Source of the DNA: Schizochytrium sp. TIO01
Lineage: Eukaryota > Protista > Bigyra: Labyrinthulomycetes
Length of the DNA stretch: 64,000 nt
Reading direction: 5' to 3'
NCBI GenBank assembly: GCA_004764695.1
Contig: SMSO01000036.1
Coordinates: 1,116,001 to 1,180,000, forward strand
The notes below the pieces were generated by a model that had not been told where the DNA came from, did not search any database, and saw nothing but the letters and a program-made list of their open reading frames with translations. Shown here piece after piece: positions 56,123 through 64,000 of this stretch. The position numbers were made by a program, and so were the translations under genes. Every line of letters begins with the position of its first letter. The stretch's first letter is position 1.

Positions 56123-56196
56123 GCTTGTATAGCTCAGCTGGTTAGAGCGTGGAGCTAATAACTCCAAGGTCCTGGGTTCGATCCCCAGTGCGAGTA
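56123..56196 (+). tRNA. tRNA-Ile(AAT) copy 5
   Basis: Identical 74-nt sequence. Confidence 0.95.
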
Positions 56197-56286
56197 AATT
56201 TACTTTTTTATCTTTTTGATTTTTTAATTCCATGAATACCTAGTCAATAAATTATGCTTTAGAATTCGGTCAGATAACTCATCCTG

Positions 56287-56360
56287 GCTTGTATAGCTCA
56301 GCTGGTTAGAGCGTGGAGCTAATAACTCCAAGGTCCTGGGTTCGATCCCCAGTGCGAGTA
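56287..56360 (+). tRNA. tRNA-Ile(AAT) copy 6
   Basis: Identical 74-nt sequence. Confidence 0.95.
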
Positions 56361-56549
56361 TAAATTTACCTTTTGGATTTTTTTTTCAAAAATGTTTTTA
56401 TGTTACCAAAAAACAAGACATATGCAGAAATTGCATTGGAACCTTCTCAAAGCAGTGCTATTTCATCAACATCAGATTGAACATCAGCAATAATTATCTA
56501 CCTACACCTATCTGATGTAACGTGGTCACGGTTTCTTACATTCTTACAA

Positions 56550-57995
56550 GTGATTAAAGAAATTTCGGAGGCTGTTGTGCTTGATTAGTATCGAAGGAAG
56601 GTTTGTCTTGAATAGCTTGTGGCCCGTTAAATGGTACTTGTGACACCACTTGCATGATGCATTATTTTGAAATCAGGATATAGCACCTAATGTCAAATAC
56701 AACACATATTAGAGAACGAAGGGAATAAAGCTAAAGCGAGGAGGAGCTTGCAATGCAAAATCTGATAGCAGATCCGAGTTAAGCTGAATCGACCCAAACC
56801 AATTCAACAAGACCTCAAGCTATTCAAGACAAGCATAAGTCCTAGCCTCCATACCAAGTAAGCACAACTATCTCCAACTTTCCTCAATCGACTCAAAGCA
56901 ATCGTAAGCACGTTTCATTACCCCGGTATTTATAATCAACAGGATCTTCTGCATTGCTTTTGTATTCTCATTTGCGCACAGAGTCTCTGCAATCTTAGCA
57001 CCCAATTCTCTGCCGAGTTCGTGCTGGTTTATTATTCTCTACAGAGTAACTTAATTGATGATTTAACCCTGAATTCTGTGTGGTAAATTGTAAGAATACA
57101 GAAGTACAACCTCTTAACTAATTTCAATCTTCCTTGAACCAATAAGTGGTGTTTACCGTACCCCTGTCATAGATGCACTGAATATTGATCCAAAAGTCCA
57201 CAATTATCATATGCTATTAAAGTTCAACTTTTTGGTTCCTCCTCAGATAATAAATTTTGATGGTGGGGTATCCCACTGTCACGGGGAACAGTGAAACAAA
57301 CTAACCCTGTAAATGCGATGGTAGTTTTTCACCCTTTTGGAGCACTCAAGCCACCTTTCGACAAATCCGTGAATTTGGGCAGATTGATAGATTTTATATG
57401 AGCAACTCTACATTTACTGTTTCAATTCATCCAAGTGATGCCCTTTTCACAATGTTATTTAGTAAATCTGATGATTGCAATGAAAAGTGAGTACTGAGGA
57501 GGAAAACTACGACAGTGCTGCTCCATGATTTCGAAATGCTCAGAGGAGCACCTTTGTGACCGATGTCACGGTAATGCGTCAGCCAACATGTGATGCATCT
57601 GTGCGAATGAAGGGAAGACGCCTCAATATGCGTTTGCAAGACAACCCAACAGTATATTCGAATTAACTCAAATTAATCTAGATCGATCGAACCAGACCAT
57701 AGATACCCAAGACAAGTGTCAACCCTAGCCTCAACAATAGCTAACCCACAAGAATCTACGACACTTCTTTAATAGTCTCTAAACAATTATAATCCCATAA
57801 TCATGTTTCAATAGTTGAAGCTTGAGTTGATACCTGTCCCGGGCAACCATGGTTGATTTTGGGCTACTTGGGCCTGCTGCTGCATTGCCCTGTCTTGCTA
57901 GCTTAGCCTGGAATTTACTTCATTCTCTGACACAGATGCATCACTATGGCATTGGTCACAATGGTGTTCTTCTGAGCCTTGCCAAGTCATGATGT
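56550..57995. repeat. Patchwork of decayed direct and inverted repeat fragments inside the tRNA array
   Basis: Diverged copies of one segment at about 56552-56635 (+), 56790-56915 (-) and 57700-57810 (-), sharing TTGTCTTG with either AATAGCTTG or GAGGCTAGG. A second inverted pair lies at about 57526-57582 (+) and 57937-57993 (-), 44/57 identical by eye. Confidence 0.6.
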
Positions 57996-58583
57996 TATGC
58001 TACGTCAGGTTCATTCTCAGTAGTTTGAATGTGCGCATACGTGTCTGTCCGCTGATAATTCGAGTAGTATAGAACATTGCAGAGTAGTACCTCAAAAGGA
58101 AGCACAACTCCTAAAGGAAGCACAAAAAGCTCTAGCACAACTAAATCGTAATCGTGCTTCTTATAAGCCATACGAGAGTCCCCAACTGAAGCTAATTTGA
58201 TGGACTTAGATGTTGGCGCATGATCTACCACGATTGGCACGTGGTTAAACTATAGTCTCGGTGGCGATAAAAAGTATGCATGAAATGAACTCTTTTCTGT
58301 GATTTCACATGGAGCTAGAAATCTTTAAACAGCCACCTGCTGACTCCAAAGCCTATTAAGGACCTGTTCACTTTAAATGCTTCGGTGATTTCTTTCTCCG
58401 ATCGGTCGGGATTCGAACAGGCTCTCGCATTATTCACGACATTACTATGTCCAATTTCATCTGCACAGTTGATAATCTGTTTACTTGCTGTGCTTGTTTG
58501 CTCAAAAAAGCAAAACAAACTTTGTTAGTTGTATACAAACATGTTATATTGACCAATCAATTCCAGGATCATATCTCATTCTA

Positions 58584-58657
58584 GCTTGTATAGCTCAGCT
58601 GGTTAGAGCGTGGAGCTAATAACTCCAAGGTCCTGGGTTCGATCCCCAGTGCGAGTA
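58584..58657 (+). tRNA. tRNA-Ile(AAT) copy 7
   Basis: Identical 74-nt sequence. Confidence 0.95.
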
Positions 58658-58748
58658 GAATTTTTCATTTTTATTGTTTTTGTTTTTTTATTGTTTGTTT
58701 ACCCAGTCAATAAATTGACCATTATAATTTTCCCGATAACTCATCCTA

Positions 58749-58822
58749 GCTTGTATAGCTCAGCTGGTTAGAGCGTGGAGCTAATAACTCCAAGGTCCTG
58801 GGTTCGATCCCCAGTGCGAGTA
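58749..58822 (+). tRNA. tRNA-Ile(AAT) copy 8
   Basis: Identical 74-nt sequence. Confidence 0.95.
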
Positions 58823-58926
58823 ATCAAGTTCTTTTTTAATTGAACAAGAAGATTGATTTTTATTCCTGTTGTCACTTGTTGGTGAAAGAAAAGTAGGCTT
58901 GGACCCTCTACAAGTAACTCATTCTG

Positions 58927-59000
58927 GCTTGTATAGCTCAGCTGGTTAGAGCGTGGAGCTAATAACTCCAAGGTCCTGGGTTCGATCCCCAGTGCGAGTA
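58927..59000 (+). tRNA. tRNA-Ile(AAT) copy 9
   Basis: Identical 74-nt sequence. Confidence 0.95.
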
Positions 59001-59100
59001 ATACTTTTTGTTTTGCGAGTGAAATTTCATTTTGTTTCGTTGCCCTCGCTTACGAATTCAACAAAAGTAGGTTTGAGCTATCCGTAGCAACTCACTGGTT

Positions 59101-59174
59101 GCTTGTATAGCTCAGCTGGTTAGAGCGTGGAGCTAATAACTCCAAGGTCCTGGGTTCGATCCCCAGTGCGAGTA
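59101..59174 (+). tRNA. tRNA-Ile(AAT) copy 10
   Basis: Identical 74-nt sequence. Confidence 0.95.
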
Positions 59175-59275
59175 TTACTTTTTGATTTGCGAGTGGAAAT
59201 CCAATTTTGTTTTTTGTCTATCTCTTGTAGAGGAACAAAACTAAGCTTGACCGTTCGCATAGCAACTCACTGGTT

Positions 59276-59349
59276 GCTTGTATAGCTCAGCTGGTTAGAG
59301 CGTGGAGCTAATAACTCCAAGGTCCTGGGTTCGATCCCCAGTGCGAGTA
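59276..59349 (+). tRNA. tRNA-Ile(AAT) copy 11
   Basis: Identical 74-nt sequence. Confidence 0.95.
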
Positions 59350-59439
59350 TATTCACTTTTTGGTTATCTTCATTTTGTTGTTATTTTGGGAGCCAGTAAA
59401 TATATGTGTCTATTCTATTTTCATCAGCAACTCATCCTG

Positions 59440-59513
59440 GCTTGTATAGCTCAGCTGGTTAGAGCGTGGAGCTAATAACTCCAAGGTCCTGGGTTCGATC
59501 CCCAGTGCGAGTA
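59440..59513 (+). tRNA. tRNA-Ile(AAT) copy 12
   Basis: Identical 74-nt sequence. Confidence 0.95.
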
Positions 59514-59949
59514 TATTTTTTAATATATTTTTTTAAAATAAAAATATTATAAACAATGACTGGGCTGTTCTTTTTCCCCCACATTTCTTCTGAGCCACGA
59601 GCAAAACGATTTGATGAATGGCTGTTCACCCCCATGTATAGAAATTCTTGGCAGTAAGCGCATTTGATTGTACATAATTCGCTTGGCAATTGAAAAGGCA
59701 GCAGTTATTATAGCTTTATACTTCAAGCTATCACGAGAACCCCTAGATTGAGCAACACATGTTATGATAGAGTGGCCCCAATAGTGCCAGTTAGGTCATC
59801 CTTTATGGAGGCCATATGGGAGTATTAGCGTACATGTGTTGTCGTCGTTTGAACGAAGAATCGAATCGAGTTTGCAATCTCAACCGAGTTTGAAACCCAA
59901 GACCCAAACCCTCTCAGTGTCAGTGGATGTTCGAAAGAGTTCTCCGCGC

Positions 59950-62900
59950 ATGGACAATTTGACCCCAACTGCACCGCAGACCTCAATAATATGTGCGTCG
60001 CGTGAGGCAGAGTTGACAGGATCAGCAGCAGCCATGGAGGCGTCGGGAGCGCCCCCAACGACGATGGCTCTGCCGCCTCGGCTTGTAAACCTTTTCGAGG
60101 CGAAGCGCCTGGGTTTGTGGACTACTCGACAGAGACGTGCATGGGCATCGCGTCGAAACTGCCCTGCAAGATTTTTATACTACTTCACAGTTACGGGAAG
60201 CGGTCGTGTTGGAGAGTTTGAAAATGACGAAGTTCAAGCTCTGCAGAACGCTGTGATGCCGTTTTTGAAACAGGGGTGGGATTTCGACGAAGACGCATGG
60301 GGAATCATTTCTGTTGCAATGCCTGGAGCGTTACGAACGGGACGCCAGTGCCGTGATTTCTTTTTCATGCATCAAACTCGTATTCGGCAGCAAGCTCTGA
60401 CGCCGAATTCTTCACATAATACATGGGCTACCCGGGAAGAATGGTTTGAGAATAATCTCTGGGCAGCAAAAGCTGCTCTCGATACTGCGCTAGCTCACTC
60501 AATGGATCGGAAAACAGTTCACAAAGTGGCTGTTCTGTTGCAAAAATTACAGATCTCTGATGCCTCCAAAGGGTTTCTTTATGCTGCCAAAAATGACGTT
60601 TTAAGCCCCAGAGTAGATGTCGTGTCACCTCAAGGTGCTCGCGAGCTGCATGACACTATTCCCAGACATGAGGATTCCTCGGACGAGGGAGAATCTGATG
60701 CGAGTCATATCAAGGAAGCAAAAGCAGGTGGAATCTCAGCGAAAACTAAGGATAACGACGTCTTGGGAGGGGAACACTATTCAGTTGCTTCCGAAGATGA
60801 TTGGAGCGATGAACACGAACCAGATAGTGATTACTCCGAGGATGAAGATAGCGACCAAGATCAACATGTAACATTAGCTGAATTGCTTGCACAGCGAAAA
60901 GCCAAGGCCGCAATGAAAGTTAAGAACAAGACGCATGAAGAGAAGACACCTGAACAGAACCTTAGAGACTCTGATATCGACAATGACGTAGAAGATCCAG
61001 ACAGAGAGAGCCAGAAATCCCATGCTAGTGCCTTGCGAGTAGGCAAAGACAAGAAAAACAAACGGAAACTGATCCGAAGAGGGCGGTCAAACTCCTCATC
61101 AGACAGTGACCAATCTTTCCGAATCAACAAAGTACAGTTCAATAAGGTTCGTGCTGCAATTGTGGTAAGCTCTGATGAAGAATTTGAGGCCCTCGGTGAA
61201 TCAATTTCCGCAGCCAATGATAGCACTGCTTTGAGGAAAAGGCAAAGCAACGAAACTCGTGTAAAGCCGTCAGCGTCAAGTACAACACACCTGATGTTAA
61301 GTGATGATAGTGGGGAGAGCAGTGGCGGTGAGGCACATAACACTATAGATAGTGAGAGTGAAAACGAGAGGGGCTATAAAAATCATACATCAACTTTAGA
61401 TCTTGATCGGGGTTTTTTACGAGGCTGGGACGATGAAGAGCTTGCTGAACGTCCTTCGTCCATGGCAAAGGCTAAATATAACGAGCTAATGTCGCTCAAC
61501 AAAAAAAGGGCTCGAAAGATGATTAAAAATTTACAAAAAAAGTTAGAGCAAGAATTGCGTCAGTTTGAGCAAAAACTTTCAGTCTCTAATTCAAGCAGAT
61601 TGAATCGTGAACAATTGGAACGTTTGCATGAGCAGCTGACGACGAATGTTCAGGCCAGTCTCCTTGATGTAACACGGGTTCTTTTGAAGCGCCTGGAAAA
61701 TATTCCCCTTTCAGAAATTCAATTGATGACTTTTGATGCTGCCTGGCGCAATCACGACGAGCGTTTCACAGCGCTAGAAAAACGTCTTCGGGCCCTGCGA
61801 GGGGTTCGAGATGATGCTGAAGTAGCTACATCCGCCTCTTCCGTTTCGTCACGCTCATCCGTATCGTCGTTCTCTTCTGAAATATTATATCGGAAGACGA
61901 TCAACACAACGACACCACGGAAACGAATCCAAACTAAAGGGTCTAAACAACGCAGTCGTGCTTCCACAAATAATGACACAAGTGCCCGACATGCTTCAAG
62001 AAGTTTGTCATCAGGTGCTAGCGTGAGACATCACGAGGGAGGTTCTCATAATGAAATTGGTGAAAGCGACAACGAGGTCAGCGTACTAGGAGACAGGCAG
62101 AATCCTCGAGCATCGACTAGTTTAAATAGTGACGATGCTATGTCGGTCTTCGAGGATGACAGCGATGATGATAACTCTGCTTCTCGAAAAAGGCCTTCAA
62201 TTATATCTAACAAACAAAAGAGAGGAAGAAGTGCGAGGGACATTTTCGAAGATCTGCAAGAAACTCGTGTCAGTGAGCAAAGACGCAACACATCAACTGG
62301 ACGAACTTCCTCTCGGAAGAACAATGGAGGGGGCAATGCATTTTCTCATGCAATGGGTGGTAGTAACTTGTCCGGATCAATTAGGCGTTTTTTTGCCCCG
62401 CGAAAAAGTGCAAGTACTGGTTCTAGGCACCAATCCTCATTAAAGAACCCTAGACGTCAAGCATACTCTCATAGTGATGTTAATTTCTCGAGTGATGAAG
62501 ATGACCCATCGTCATTGTATCCGCCGCAGCCGCTTCAGGAGGATGCTGCCACAAGGGCAATTCGCATCAGCGCTCTTGAATCTGTAGAACGGATTTTCAG
62601 ACCGACTTCTGAACATGGACCAACCTATGACGAGGACGATATATTCGCATATATAAGCGAAGACGAGCGAGATAATACCAATTTTGATGCCGAAAGTAGA
62701 TCACCGAAGGTTTATAGTTCATCTAAAAGCATTCACAACAGCGACGCACATACCTTACCCTATAGGGCAAACCGTCAACTTCCTGGGAAAAAATCTCAGT
62801 TCCAGCCACAAGAACATCAGGAACCACGCGTCCGTGTGAGCACGTCACAGGTCAGTCACGTCGATCATCAAAGGCTGCTTGGTACCTCATCTCTATCTGG

Positions 62901-64000
62901 TCTTGGCTCAAATAATTCATTGCATTCGAGGAAACGAAAGCTACCCTTGCCTCTTCATGCCTTTCAACAAAATGGATCTCGCCCCCCAAAAGTGAGAACT
63001 CACCAGGAATTCCAGAGGAATATTCTGCGCCGTGTTGAACAAGAGGTCAGCGATGCTTCCGACACCTTTAGCAACACGCAAACGGTTTCTTTACCTGATA
63101 TGCACTCACAAGCCACACCTACTGCAGATGATACTCCGCGTCGCGCCGCTCAATTTCAAGTTCATAATTTAGAAGAAGGCGCAAGTCAACTTCTTGCAGC
63201 TCGGCAAGACGCACGCACAATTCCATCATGGCTCACTTTTCACGAGACAGAGCCTGAAGATGTCCCGCATCTTATGCAAACCCTTGTTCAGCAAATCAAA
63301 GGTCATTCTGTTAATGAGAATGTGGTGCAAACTCTTACGTCTCAAGTTCATAGTGTAATCATCCGAACAGATGAGCTACGTTGGCCAAAACTCTCAGCTT
63401 GGGTTCGAGCAGCCCTGGGTCGTGCTGTTGTTCGCCCGTGGCATATCACTTTCTCATCGTCATTCCAATTTGTCTTCCTTGAACTTTTAGACCTCACAAA
63501 TAAAAAGGACGATATCTTGGCAGCAGGGCGAATCCTCTTGAGTGACATCGTGTCACTCTTTGTGAGGAAACGCGCACGTTTATCTGGAGCAGAACGTAGC
63601 CTTTTGGGACGTCTATATATCTCAATGGGCAGAACAGAATTCTGGACCTCTTTACGATTATTGCTATCATCAAGTTTGCTTCAGAGTGATGCAGCATTGG
63701 TTCCTGGTCCAGAGCGAATTCTTATCATGCTTCAGCCCAGTGACCATAAGCTTTGGAGGTCAATTGTCACAGATCAACATAGGAGGCGCCGTTCCGAGGG
63801 CTCGCGTTTGCGACCTGCCGAAGCCCTTGAGTATACAGAATTTGTGTGGAGCCTTCTTCTCAACTCAATTGGTAGTGAAAGCGCAACCAGTAATAACAGC
63901 CCAACACCGCGAAATGGGGCGAGTAGCCAACAAAACACCACCTCGGAACTTCATCCGGTATGGATGATCGTGGATGACCTTCTTAAGCTTTCGCCTTTGT
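59950..64000 (+). CDS. Large protein (>1350 aa, runs off the window) with an N-terminal SANT/Myb-like domain, long acidic/Ser-rich disordered region and helical C-terminal part
   Basis: Frame is open from ATG 59950 (alternative 60034) in the segments translated by hand, and is absent from the ORF track, consistent with no stop before the edge. GEFENDEVQALQNAV...WGIISVAMPGALRTGRQCRDFF is Myb/SANT-like. Confidence 0.8.
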   Translation, partial: MDNLTPTAPQTSIICASREAELTGSAAAMEASGAPPTTMALPPRLVNLFEAKRLGLWTTRQRRAWASRRNCPARFLYYFTVTGSGRVGEFENDEVQALQNAVMPFLKQGWDFDEDAWGIISVAMPGALRTGRQCRDFFFMHQTRIRQQALTPNSSHNTWATREEWFENNLWAAKAALDTALAHSMDRKTVHKVAVLLQKLQISDASKGFLYAAKNDVLSPRVDVVSPQGARELHDTIPRHEDSSDEGESDASHIKEAKAGGISAKTKDNDVLGGEHYSVASEDDWSDEHEPDSDYSEDEDSDQDQHVTLAELLAQRKAKAAMKVKNKTHEEKTPEQNLRDSDIDNDVEDPDRESQKSHASALRVGKDKKNKRKLIRRGRSNSSSDSDQSFRINKVQFNKVRAAIVVSSDEEFEALGESISAANDSTALRKRQSNETRVKPSASSTTHLMLSDDSGESSGGEAHNTIDSESENERGYKNHTSTLDLDRGFLRGWDDEELAERPSSMAKAKYNELMSLNKKRARKMIKNLQKKLEQELRQFEQKLSVSNSSRLNREQLERLHEQLTTNVQASLLDVTRVLLKRLENIPLSEIQLMTFDAAWRNHDERFTALEKRLRALRGVRDDAEVATSASSVSSRSSVSSFSSEILYRKTINTTTPRKRIQTKGSKQRSRASTNNDTSARHASRSLSSGASVRHHEGGSHNEIGESDNEVSVLGDRQNPRASTSLNSDDAMSVFEDDSDDDNSASRKRPSIISNKQKRGRSARDIFEDLQETRVSEQRRNTSTGRTSSRKNNGGGNAFSHAMGGSNLSGSIRRFFAPRKSASTGSRHQSSLKNPRRQAYSHSDVNFSSDEDDPSSLYPPQPLQEDAATRAIRISALESVERIFRPTSEHGPTYDEDDIFAYISEDERDNTNFDAESRSPKVYSSSKSIHNSDAHTLPYRANRQLPGKKSQFQPQEHQEPRVRVSTSQVSHVDHQRLLGTSSLSGLGSNNSLHSRKRKLPLPLHAFQQNGSRPPKVRTHQEFQRNILRRVEQEVSDASDTFSNTQTVSLPDMHSQATPTADDTPRRAAQFQVHNLEEGASQLLAARQDARTIPSWLTFHETEPEDVPHLMQTLVQQIKGHSVNENVVQTLTSQVHSVIIRTDELRWPKLSAWVRAALGRAVVRPWHITFSSSFQFVFLELLDLTNKKDDILAAGRILLSDIVSLFVRKRARLSGAERSLLGRLYISMGRTEFWTSLRLLLSSSLLQSDAALVPGPERILIMLQPSDHKLWRSIVTDQHRRRRSEGSRLRPAEALEYTEFVWSLLLNSIGSESATSNNSPTPRNGASSQQNTTSELHPVWMIVDDLLKLSPL

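Noticed and set aside
54926-59513. CRISPR array (identical repeats with variable spacers)
   Set aside because: Repeats are 74-nt canonical tRNA cloverleafs with Pol III terminators; spacers are 90-470 nt and related to each other; no cas genes; eukaryotic context.
58768-59689. Minus-strand ORFs ending TRTGDRTQDLGVISSTL
   Set aside because: Antisense translations of the tRNA genes.

Overview
Eukaryotic, gene-dense, intron-poor nuclear DNA from a flagellated protist. It is most consistent with a stramenopile such as a thraustochytrid; this is inferred from gene content and gene structure, not proven. About 16 protein-coding genes are present, mostly in divergent pairs: an NRPS-like adenylation-thiolation protein (runs off the left edge), NDC1, a Kelch protein with a BC-box-like motif, a three-repeat MYB, CFAP54, a membrane-anchored heme peroxidase, a fatty-acid-binding-protein homolog, a DsbA-like oxidoreductase, a PH-domain MAP kinase broken by two homopolymer frameshifts, Treslin/TICRR, Cdh1/FZR1, a 3-exon Rab23-like GTPase facing PDE6D, a BTB-LRR protein, an orphan 7TM protein, and a large SANT/Myb-containing protein (runs off the right edge). 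The main non-coding structure is an array of 12 identical tRNA-Ile(AAT) genes in two blocks of six. They carry three G-U pairs in the acceptor stem, fall into two spacer families, and flank a 2.2-kb insert made of decayed repeat fragments. There is also a 194-bp tandem repeat whose core is a 123-nt TG...CA unit with terminal inverted repeats, a decayed tyrosine-kinase-like relic, and several microsatellites. No CRISPR array or prokaryotic system is supported.
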